Of a stretch of 64,000 nt of DNA, positions 49,203-60,500 are shown piece by piece. Numbering within the stretch: the stretch's first letter is position 1; every line of letters starts with the position of its first letter. The stretch comes from Selaginella moellendorffii. Its lineage: Eukaryota > Plantae > Lycopodiophyta. The stretch covers positions 620,001 through 684,000 of the forward strand of contig NW_003314350.1 in NCBI RefSeq assembly GCF_000143415.4, written 5' to 3'. A program made the position numbers and the translations under genes. The notes beneath the pieces were generated by a model, which was given only the letters and a program-made list of their open reading frames with translations, was not told where the DNA came from and did no database searches.

Positions 49203-50852
49203 ATGGAGAGAGTCGCGAAAATGGCGTCTTACTCCAACCCAAAATCCATCGCTCTGATTACCACTGGTCTCTTCTTCCTCTACGTTTTGCTGTCTCAGAA
49301 TCACTTTCCGGACAAGATCGTGGAAGATCTCATCGTTCCAGAGCAAGGCGATGCTCGCCAGTGCCGGAGCCGCGTAGAGTTCCAGTCCTATCGCCGCAAA
49401 TCGACAGACCCATCGGCGGAAAGCTACTCGCCATCGCCAGCTCTCATCGTTCCAGAGCAAGGCGATGCTCGCCAGTGCCGGAGCCGCGTAGAGTTCCAGT
49501 CCTATCGCCGCAAATCGACAGACCCATCGGCGGAAAGCTACTCGCCATCGCCAGCTCTCATCCACCGCCTGCGACGCTACGAGCAAATCCACGCCCGGTG
49601 CTCTCGATTGATCCAAGATGATCCAAACGGCGATCACGGCGACTGCCAATTCGTGGTGTGGATCGCGCCATTTGGATCGCAGGGCCTGGGGAACAAGATG
49701 CTGGCGATTGCTTCCACTTTTCTCTATGCTCTGCTCACGAACAGAGTTTTACTCATCGCGAGAGATTCGTCCGCAGAGAACATGGATCGATTGTTCTGCG
49801 AGCCATTCCCAAAGAGTTCCTGGCTCCTTCCCAGACCCCTGGAGATCCGATTATCCACAGTCAACGATTCATCGCGGATCGGCCATGCCCCGGATCTAAA
49901 AATCACTCCTCAGCACTGTCACGATTTCGCGAGCTCGATCAAGTTTCCAGATGTGGCCTACTCGTATCTGTCCGTGGACTACACCCCGGACGATCGAAAA
50001 TTCTTCTGCAAGGAGCAGCAAAAACTCTTGCAATCGCAGGTAACGTGGCTGTTTCTCCGGTCAAACGTCTACTTTGCTCCGGGATTGTTCTTGGTGGAAT
50101 CCTTCCGGAGTGATCTCGCGAAGCTCTTCCCCAAACAGCAGGCGATCTTCCATCACTTGAGCCGCTATCTCTTCCATCCCATCGATCCGGTGTGGGATCG
50201 CACAGCGCGGTTCTACGACTCATATCTCGCGCGCGCCGACCGCGTAGTCGGCATCCAAATGAGAGTTCCTCCACACTTGCAAGGAGTTCGTCAAAACCTG
50301 GCGGCGGAGGTGTTCCAATGCGCCGTGGAGACAAAGATCCTTCCCAATATCAGCAAGAACAACGTCGAGAGGATCAAGCTCCGCTCCTCGATCAGCTCGC
50401 AGCAGCAGCAGATCGCGGCGGTGGTGACTTCGCTGGATGAGCACCACTTTGACGTGCTGCGAGAGATCTACCTCAACTCCTCCACCGCCGATGGATCGAT
50501 CGTGAGAGTGGAGCAGCCCAGCCACGAGGGGCAGCAGCACACCGGATTTCTCGATCACGATGAGAAGGCTCTCGCGGAGATTTACTTGCTGGGGCTCAGC
50601 GATGTGCTGATCACGAGTCCTGGCTCCACTTTCGGCTACATTGGCCAGGGATTAGCCGGGTTGAGGCCTTGGCTTATGTGGGCTGGGCCTGGCTCAGGCA
50701 GGGACATTTGCTCCAAGGCAAGAACTATGGATCCTTGCTTCTTTTCGTTTGGGGAGTCTAACTGCGATTGTGGAGAGGCTGTCAAGCTTGACAATGTGGA
50801 GCGGTGTCAAGATTGGCCTATAGCGCCTGGTGTTCAACTCAAAACAACTTGA
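49203..50852 (+). CDS. GT37 xyloglucan fucosyltransferase, intact, with a 38-aa stem duplication
   Basis: Same motifs as the copy at 26640. Tandem 114-bp duplication at 49329-49556. Confidence 0.92.
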   Translation: MERVAKMASYSNPKSIALITTGLFFLYVLLSQNHFPDKIVEDLIVPEQGDARQCRSRVEFQSYRRKSTDPSAESYSPSPALIVPEQGDARQCRSRVEFQSYRRKSTDPSAESYSPSPALIHRLRRYEQIHARCSRLIQDDPNGDHGDCQFVVWIAPFGSQGLGNKMLAIASTFLYALLTNRVLLIARDSSAENMDRLFCEPFPKSSWLLPRPLEIRLSTVNDSSRIGHAPDLKITPQHCHDFASSIKFPDVAYSYLSVDYTPDDRKFFCKEQQKLLQSQVTWLFLRSNVYFAPGLFLVESFRSDLAKLFPKQQAIFHHLSRYLFHPIDPVWDRTARFYDSYLARADRVVGIQMRVPPHLQGVRQNLAAEVFQCAVETKILPNISKNNVERIKLRSSISSQQQQIAAVVTSLDEHHFDVLREIYLNSSTADGSIVRVEQPSHEGQQHTGFLDHDEKALAEIYLLGLSDVLITSPGSTFGYIGQGLAGLRPWLMWAGPGSGRDICSKARTMDPCFFSFGESNCDCGEAVKLDNVERCQDWPIAPGVQLKTT

Positions 50853-51321
50853 ATCTTAATCCATTCTTTTTAGGACATGTAGAGAGTTTTATTGTGTCTT
50901 CCAATGTGGACCATTTTGGTATGAATTGTTTGATATGCAACTGATTTCAAGGAAGTTATCTTTCTTTGACGTGGTTATGCCTCCCATTCAACGAGCTTGG
51001 ATGTTACAAAAAGGAATCCACGACTAAGATGTGCAAGGATAAATTCTAGAACAAGAAATGACATAGCAAAGTCATATCAAGATGTTTAGTGATTCACGTC
51101 GTGAAGCTCGCCACTTTGATACGCTCATAGGCACCCATGATCTGTCAAAAAATTATACAAGATGCTACAAACAAACATTTCTTGTTTCCATGATGATGGG
51201 CTTGCTTTACCGAATGGTGTTACGGAGGATCATGTCATTAGATTTCCATGGGTTTTCCATGTTGGCATATCGTTGTTGTTCCAGTGGGATCAAACTCCTG
51301 GTAACAAGTTTTCGTGCATGA

Positions 51322-53054
51322 ATGCCTTCCTAGGACTCGGCAGTGCCGAGCCTGCAAGAATGCATCGTGCTGATAACTTCTTCCAGGAGCCTGTCTCAAG
51401 CCAAGCAGATCCACAGTCGGGTTTCTTCCAGCAGCCACCGAGGGACTTATCTTTCAAATCTTCTCATTCAAATGTATGGGAGATGAACGGGAATTTGCGA
51501 GAAGCGTTGTCATTGTTAGAAAGGATGCCAAGAAAAAATTTGGTGCCATACAACTTAATTCTAAGCGCTTTAGCCGCTCAAGGTCTCTTTGACGAAGCAA
51601 AGGAATTCTTTGCTAAAATTCCCAATCCAAGCATTATCTCGTGGAATACACTCCTTGCTGCATATACTCCAATTGGGCATCTTGACGAGATCATCAAGCT
51701 TTACGACCAAATTCCAACAAGGATATAGTCTCAGACACAGCACTCTTGAATGCCTTTTCTGAAAATGGGAAACTTGAGCCAGCAAAGATGGTATTTGATG
51801 CAATGGAGGAATGGGACCTTGTGTCAATGAATGCAATGCTAGCGGCATTTTGTGACAGTGGGAGCCAAGGAGATGCTCAGTTGGATGTGTGCTCGGAATC
51901 TTAGCTCTTGGAACTGCGTTCTCCGATCATTTGCTCTTGATGGGAATCTTGACGAGACAAAGAGATTATTTGACAAAATGCCCGAGTGGGACCAAATGTC
52001 TTTCAATTTCATGTTTGCGGCATATGTCTCAGGCGGGCATCATGGTCTTGCTAAAGTAATGTACGAAACACTACTTCCTGAGAAAGATTCCTTTTCACAC
52101 GTAGCCATGCTAAGTGCCTACACTGTACAGGGCAAGGTTGACGATGCAAAGCTTTTGTTTGATAGCATGCCATACAGGTCTCTTTTTATTTGGAACTCTA
52201 TGCTTTCGGCATATGCCCAAAACGGTCATCCGGACAATGCAAAACATCATTTTGATGCCATGCCCGAGTGGGACATTGTCGCTTGGACCTCTTTATTATA
52301 TTCCAGAAATTATCAAGGAAATGTGGAGGAAGCGAAGGAGTTGTTTGAGAGGATGCCTGAGCGAGATCTGATCGCATGGAATGCTATGTTGTCAGGACAT
52401 TCCCAACACAGGCATTTAGAAGACTCAAAGTGCCTGTTTGATTTGATGCCTTCCCACAATATTGTCTCTTACAACACTCTGATGGCAGCTTACTCTCAGC
52501 ATGGATACATCGAGGATGCCCTCTTGGTCTTCCAGAAAATGAGACAGAGGAACTCTATTTCATGGAACACTCTACTTGTGTCATATGCTCAAAATGGGCA
52601 TACGAATACTGCAAAGGCGTTTTTCTCAACCTTGCCCGAGCAAAATCTGGTTTCTTGGAATGTAGTAATTGGAATGTATGCTTTAAATGGGCAAACTGCA
52701 CAATCCTTGGAGCTCTTTAGAAACTGTGTTGCTAATGGTGTCAAGCTGGATGATGTATCTTTTACCTCTGCATTGATTGCTTTGAGCCATAGCGGTGAGG
52801 TTGACGATTCACTTTTTCTGTTTAAATCAATAATAACAGACTACTTAGTAACGCCTGGCAAGCAACAATATGGTTGTATCATCTCCTTGTTTGCTCGTGG
52901 AGGATATGATAGATCCTGTAAAGAACTCATTGATACAATGCCTTTCTTTCCTGATAGTCACGACTGGACGTGCCTGGCAAGTGCCAGTAGAATCTACAAA
53001 TCTAACAGCCTTGGAATGGGGCATCACAATACACGAAAACAAAATGCCAACTAG
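51322..53054 (+). pseudogene. PLS/E-class PPR gene copy 2 with an internal deletion and frameshifts
   Basis: The 5' part joins at about 51485 to sequence matching about 32000. A 400-codon 3' ORF remains open. Confidence 0.85.
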
Positions 53055-54074
53055 CAGAAGCATCTCGCATGCTTGGTAACAGAGCAAGCTTAGACTTGGT
53101 TGAAAGGTACCTAAGTCATGTCCAACTTCGCCATGTCCTTGTCGGTCTCGCATTCCCCATAGGCTGGAGCTTGTGTCACTGAGCCTTCTCTCACACTCGA
53201 GCCACCTCTTCATGCCGCGAAAAATTCCTCACGACTTTGTTCTTCGCACGATCATCGACTGCTCCTACTCTCTCACATGCTTCTCCGGTTCCAGACGGCA
53301 TTCATTACGAGCATAGCAATGTGGTCTTGGTTTACAATTTTGCAGCAATCTCGCGAGCGCATGACGAAGTAGTGCATGAAAGCCTCTTCTTGTGCTGTCA
53401 ACTCTGATATCCTCGACCTTGCTCGTTATAGAGAAAGTGACGCTACCACCTTCCGCTACAAGGATGGGGGATTCAGCAAGGTAAACAAAGAGTTTTGGAT
53501 CTGATTCGACGTGATCACTTGAGAAACATGCAGCTGGCTGTTTTCTTGGACGCTGATTTCCAAGAATCGACCATCGTACGCCACCAGACCCTCGCACCAC
53601 TAAGTAGAAGCTTGCGTAGGGAACCAGATGGTTTTCAGACTCATGAAGCTCCTCGCTTCCATCAACAAAGAAGTGGAACTTCTCAGCTCTTGGCTGCTGC
53701 CTCTTGTGCTCCTCGACAACCTACACTGCCTCTTCCATCTTCTGGATTGGCGATTGCACGAATTACAAATCACTGTATCCCAGAACCTCGTCAAACGGAA
53801 TAGAGTTGCTTATCCAAGAATATGCATGCGATAAATAAATTTGACGACTGTAACTTGGGATCTCCGTGTTGTATTTGGTGTTATGAGCAAAAACGTAGCT
53901 TCCTCCGTTCTAGTTAACATTTGAAGAAACGAGTGAGCTTACTTGTCCCTGTAGAGAAGATTGAGCTCCGCAGTGGTTAATTAATAAGAGTTCAGCCAAT
54001 CTTTCCTTGATGCCATCTGGTGGAAACTGCAAGCCACTGCTCTAAAATCAACTTACTCACGCTCTTGGGACCGT

Positions 54075-55555
54075 AAATGAGATGGTGTACCAAAAATCGC
54101 AGACATACCTGCTCACAGTTGCTCTTATGCCTGGAGGTGGCCTTAAAACTCAGGCGGCCCATTCCAATGTATGGTAACTTTGTGGACTTGGTTCACTGGC
54201 ATAATTGTATCACTTCCTTGGCCTCCCGTAATCTCTCTTGAAACCGGGCCAAGGCTCATTAGGGCTTTAGAATTCTGGACATGTCTTCTCTGGACGCATT
54301 GCTGGAAGGAGGAGTGTGGCTTCTGGAAACGCTTGCAGCAGGATTGACACTGTTGGGTTTGCTTTGAAAGGTCGTGAGTGCAACTTTCATGATTTCTGCA
54401 AAAACGTGACAACCAAGACGGAGAAGGAGCCGCACAAGTTCCGTGTGATTCGAGACGACTTGCTGCACCCGACGCTCGGTGGAAACAAAATCAGAAAGCT
54501 CGACGCTGTGGTCCCGTTCCTCAAGGACGAGGAAATCACTGATGTGGTACGTACTCTGCTTGTTTTTTGTTCTTTCTTTTCTTCCTTTGAAGCGATTTCA
54601 ATGTCTATCAGGTGACTTGTGGAGGCTGTCATGCTGCTGCTGTAGGTACGAAAAGAAGACTAAGAATTCTCTGGTTTTATACTTCTTCTTTTCTATCTAA
54701 CGTGTTTTCTCAGCTCAGCTGTGGCGTGTGCTGAGCATGGGTCATTTGCTGCTACGAGGTGAAAAACTTGAAGTCACGACTGGATATAACTTGATATCGG
54801 AGGTTTATGGAAACGTGGTGTATGTTCCAAGAACCGAGTATGCCGATCGACAAAAAATGTTAAGCTCGCATATGGAACGTGTTGCTTGTTCTGAAGAACC
54901 AGTTCTTTGGCAACTCTATCACCAGAGAAACAATCACTCCTTCAGAAAATTCTAAATTGCTTGAACCCGGAAGAGGAAGAAGAAAATGGGCCGTGCTTGG
55001 AGAAGGTGGTGCGAGTGGTCTAGCACTTCTCGGTGAGTGATTTTCAACCTTGATATGTTTGTATCTCTAATCTTTTCTCCGTGCGTTCTAAGATCAGGCT
55101 TTATAAGACTTGTGAGATGGCTAAGCGAAAATGAAGTCTTCGAACGAGATGACAAGATCAAGATCGTGGTCGATTCTGGCACTGGAACATCCGCCATTGG
55201 CCTGGCTCTAGGAATCGCGTTGCTCGGGTATGCTCGAGTTTAAATCCTTTTGGTGGTATATATCCTTTCTTCCAGCCTTCACCAGTGGGAGATTGTTGGT
55301 GTAATGCTCTCCGGTTCTCGCAACTACTACGAGAGACAAACGAAGAACCTTGTCACTGATTTTCTTCAGCAGTTTCGCTGCGATCAGTTGGCAGAGGCTT
55401 TGAGTTTACCTCTTGTTTGGGAGGAGAGGAAACGAGTACGCAGGTATGATTTATATACAAGCTTGCGAGCTACAGTATAATAGTATGATAGCACAGGTTT
55501 GAAAACCCTGTATAGCCTGACAAACTGGCATTTTGCTAGACCCGATTTACACGTC
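54075..55555 (+). pseudogene. D-cysteine desulfhydrase-like pseudogene, copy 2
   Basis: Paralogue of 34620-36135. Confidence 0.82.
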
Positions 55556-56787
55556 TTCCCCTTTTTTTCGCTTGGTTTTAAGAAAACCTAGCTTCCCACA
55601 ACAGGTTTAATGATCGCGAAAAGGTCATTAGTTTTATTAAACTAAAAACTTCACCCATTGTAGAAGACCATTTTAAGATCCAACGGCTAATATTTTTTAT
55701 TAATTAGAATAATTTATATGGAATTAAAGGTGATCTCTTTCGAAGGACTGGGCATGATGACAAGTTACACCATTGCCAGGCCCATTGCCAGGCACAGAGA
55801 GAAGCAAGGATTAATTGTTGCAGGCGAGCTACAACAAAAATTTAAGACAATCCATTTTAATTTAAACATCTTTTCATATCGAAGCTTGTTTATAGATGAG
55901 CTTAAGAATTTTCTACTAAGCCACTAAGTTGATGGCTGTTGTGGACTGATTCTCACTCCACAACACATTTTGATATCGGCAGTAGATTGTGTGGTGCTTG
56001 TAAGCCACAAATTTTTCCTTTCCAATTTGCCAACTTACCTCGTCTATCCGTCCAACACTGCCTTGGTTTTTGCTAAGTTCCCTCGCCAAGGTTCTCGCCT
56101 ATGGTACCAGCTCCTACTTGGTTTCAGCTACTCACTGCACGAGCAACGGGGTGTTAGCCATCCTTCCACGGATTCCCAAATCACTCCTAATCCCCCTCCC
56201 CGGGTTAGACTGGACTTAAGGTTCGGCTACACTCCCCGCAAGCATAAGCAACCAAGCACACCAAGCTTCCAGGTTCCTAACATCCCTTGGTACCACAAGA
56301 CTTGATCATGGGACCCTCTAAATCCCAAGTCTTGAGTGCAACACTTGCTTCGGGATGCCGGGGCGAAACACCGTGGCCTAGCGGCCCGGTATGGGTACCT
56401 CTCGCCCCCCACTTCCATCCCGAAGGAAGGCCCAAGCCCCTAGGAAGGGCGAGGACCAATGAGCCGCATGGTACTCAAGTGGGGCACCACTCCACATGAG
56501 CCGGGAGCACCGCAATCGGTTTCCCTTTCGGGAGTGGGAGCTGCTCTTGAGCACTTCCTTGGATGGCCCCTCCGGCACCAGCTAAGTCCATGTTCACTCC
56601 CACCCAAGGCCCCTCGGTCCCAGTCTCAACCTCAAGTCGGTTTGGAAGCCCAACTGGAGAGTCCCTTCAAAACTGGTTCCTGGACCTCACTATCCCTACT
56701 ATACTTTTGGAACCCCCTGCAGCCCCTCCCCCCTGGGGGACGCACGCTTTGGGCTTTCACCCCTTGACCCGTATTAGTATTTGGACT

Positions 56788-57060
56788 TAGTCTCTGGCTC
56801 GATCTCGGATCCGATTTCGGATCCGACTTCGGATTCGGTCTCGGACTCGATCGCGGACTCGATCTCGGACCCGATCTCGGGCCCGACCTCGGACTCGACT
56901 TTGGACTCGGTCTCGGACCCGATTTCGGATCTCGGACTCCGTCTCGAACTCGGTCTTGAACTCGGACTCGAACTCGGTCCCCGAGTCAGTCTCGGACTTG
57001 ATTCCGGACTCTATCTCGAACTCGGTCCTAGAGTCGGTCTTGGACTCAATCTTTGACTTG
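56788..57060. repeat. Degenerate TCGGAC-type hexamer array in the LTR (also about 63178-63437)
   Basis: Directly visible. The two LTRs differ by a 12-bp indel here. Confidence 0.9.
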
Positions 57061-57560
57061 GTCCCATCCGATGAACTCTTTGTCATTTTGGTCATGCTTT
57101 CGGGGTTCCTTTAGCCTATGACACCTCGGCGGGTTGGTTCCTTACAACTCCACCACCCATAGAAGAAGTTCGATGCCCACATCAAACGTCTCTTTTTTTT
57201 TTTTTTTATCCCACGACTTGTTGACCATGTCTCCAGGGGCATCCCCCCACTTAGCAGTGTGCCTAAGTCAGCCTCCCCGGCCAAGAGCCCATGACAACGG
57301 AATATAGGTGTCCCTATACTCCTCACCTCACCACGCCCTAGTATGGGGTCGAGACTTGAACCCAGCCTTGCTTTACTAGGGGGTTGGGACTCGAACCCAA
57401 CCTCCGTAGAATACGTCTACGGATTCGACATCCCCGCAGGGAGTCGGGCGTAGCTCCCTACGCCTGGTCGACCTAGCTAACCCATGCTAATTAGCTTACC
57501 TTCGGCGCGCCTTCGGGTCCCAACATATGCCATTGCTCAACTTCTCAAATTGATATATTT

Positions 57561-60500
57561 TTAATTGAACTTTGCATAAGTACATAGAGTTCTGCCATGC
57601 AGAAATTCCTCCACAAGATCTCGCGCGTTCGCTAGGTTCTCCTCCGGTTCCCATGTTGCTTCGCAGTGTGGAAATCCTTTCCACTTCACATGGAACTCTC
57701 TCACCTCGTGTCCTTGTCACTTGCTCTTGCGCGCATTGAGGATGGCCTCGACTTCGTATTCCTCTTCCCCTTGGATAACCTCAGGTAAAGGTCTTATTTG
57801 GTCCTTGCGAAGCGGATCCTCAAAATACGGCTTGAGTAAATTCACGTGGAACACGGGATGCATCTTCCCCATCTCTCGAGGAAGTCGGAGTCGGTAAGCC
57901 ACTTTACCGATTCGAGCCTCAATCTCGTAAGGCCCCGCAAACCTGCTTAAGGAACTCAAGATCAATTCATTTACAGGAATACATGCATTTTTACCTTTGG
58001 GTCAACTTTCGGCTGATCCCACTTGGTAGCCTGAGGTTTTTGGTGTTCAGCCACACCTTCTCCCCAACTTGGAACTCTACATCCCGGCGCTTTAGGTTCG
58101 CGTACTTGGTTTGCCTTTGTTGAGCCCGTTCCAAGGAATCCCTCACTAGATTCCAAATGTTGAGTCTTTCTGCCGTGAATGCCTCCACTGTGGGTAGCTC
58201 TCCATGATACTCGGCCACGCCGAGTTCCACAGGACCTTCAATAGCTCGCCCATTGATGACTTCCCATGGACTCACCCCGATGCTCGAATGTGGTGAGTTG
58301 TTATAACACATTTCCGCAAGTCCCAAATGACTTACCCAGTCGGTCTGGTCTCCCGAGACATAGCATCGCAAATAATCCTCCAGCTGCCTATTCACCCTTT
58401 CCGTTTGTCCGTCTGTCAAGAAGTGTTAGTGCCATCAATCTTGACTTAATACCCATTACCTATCTGTGGGTGATAGGCTGTGCTGAATTTCAACTTGGTG
58501 CGATACTGTTCTAGGAGTGTCCTCCAGAACCTACTGGTGAAGATCTTATCTCGATCTGAGATAATCTCTTCCGGCCTTCCCCGCACTCGAACCACTTGTT
58601 CGAAGAACAGCTTCGCCACACCTTCCGCATCCACCTCCGTTGTGGTGGGTATGAAATGTGCCATCTTCGAAAATTGATCCACCACGAATATCGCATCGAA
58701 CCCCTCGCTTGGGGGTAGTCCCGTGATGAAGTCCATCGTAAGACATTTCCACGGACGATCTGGAATTGGGATGCTTTGCAACAAGCCCCCACTAGCCTTA
58801 GTCACGGCTTTGACTTGCTGACATGTTGGACATGTCTTTACATAGTCTTGGACGTCCTTAGCCATATCTGGCCAATGGTACTTCCTCTTGAGTAAGCCCA
58901 TCGTCTTGGGCACTCCGCCGTGTCCCGCAAGAGGTCCGTCATGACACTCTTCTAAGGCTACCTTCCTTAGTCCCCCTTCTGGAACATACACCCTCGTTTG
59001 CTTGTAATAAATGAGTCCGTTGCGTTCCGCATAGCCCGTTTTCTCTTCCGTTGGCAGCTCACCTCTCTGGTGGGCTTCCCGCACCTCCAGATTCCTCAAC
59101 AACACTTCTTGTGCTAGACCATCATTCTCATATGCTGTCCGCACATCGTCCCAGAAGGTTGCTGTTGCGCTGGAGATCGCCAACCTCAAGCTCGCTTTTC
59201 GACTTAGCGCATCTGCCACGATGTTGCTCTTCCCAGGCTTGTACAGAATCTCGCAATCAAACTCGGCCAAGGCATTGGCCCACCGACCTTGTTTCCCTCT
59301 CAGGTCGGGTTGTGACAAGAAGTGTTTCGTTGCCACATTGTCCGTGTAAACCTTGAAGTGTCTCCCAAGGTAGTGTCGCCACTCCTTGAGCGCCTTGACC
59401 ACCGCAAACAATTCCTTCTCGTGGGCAGGCCACTTCCATTGAGCCTTGTCCAGCTTCTTCAAGAAGAATGCTACTAGATGGTTGTCTTGCTTCAAAACTG
59501 CGCCCAACGCAAAGTCCGAAGCATCCGTGTCTACCTCAAAGTCCTTACCAAAGTCTAGTAATGCCAACACCGGAGCCTTCCTCAACTTCCCTTTGAGGTG
59601 GACGAATGCCGCCTCGCATTCCGCTGTCCATACCATCTTCCCTTTTCCTGTTTGATCCGTTAAGGGCAGGGCTACTCTCGAATAGTGTCTGATATACTTT
59701 CGATAGTAGTTGCATAGCCCTAGGAACGCCCTCAACTCATATACATTCGATGGTTGCTCCCATTCCTGGATCGCTTGGACCTTCTCCGGGTCCACCTTGA
59801 GCCCGTCCTGGCCCACCACATGCCCGAGAAACTTTACCTCTTGTTGAGCAAAGTCACATTTGCTCTCTTTAGCATACAGCTTGTGTTCCCTTAGTTTCTC
59901 AAACACCTTCGCCAAGTGTTCGGCATGCTCCTCTAGCGTCTCGCTATAGATCAGGATGTCGTCAATATAGACGACCACGAAGTGATCCAGATAGGGTACA
60001 AAGATGTGGTTCATCAACGCCGAAAACGTTGCCGGCGCATTGCACAGCCCAAAGGGCATCACCAGAAACTCAAAGCTCCCATACCTCGTTCGACAGGTTG
60101 TCTTCTCGACATCTTCCTCAGCTACCCTGATCTGGTAGTATCTTGACCTTAGGTCAATCCTCGAGAAGTATTTTGCCTTTCCCAACCTATCGAACAGGTC
60201 TTCAATCCTTGGCAAAGGGTATTTGTTCTTCTTGGTATACTTGTTGAGCAACCGGTAATCTATGCACATGCGCATAGATCCATCTTTCTTTTTCACAAAT
60301 AATACCGACGCCCCATACGGCGACTTGCTCAACCTAACATACCCTTTGTCCACCAACTCCTCTAGTTGGCACTTGAGCTCCTTGAGTTCTTTTTCGTTCA
60401 AACGATAGGGTGGACGAACCACCGCCTCAGCGCCCTCGACCAGCTCAATCTTATGTTCTATCGGTCGTGCGGGGGGCAACCCCGCTGGTAGCTCCTCCGG

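Noticed and set aside
57340-57430. tRNA gene or self-cleaving ribozyme in the gypsy 3' UTR
   Set aside because: T-loop-like stems are present, but I see no full cloverleaf and no hammerhead core. Reported only as structured RNA.
57535-57585. Third intron right after the chromodomain
   Set aside because: The segment is AT-rich and has GT and AG candidates, but no conserved motif is restored by removing it and the boundaries are ambiguous.
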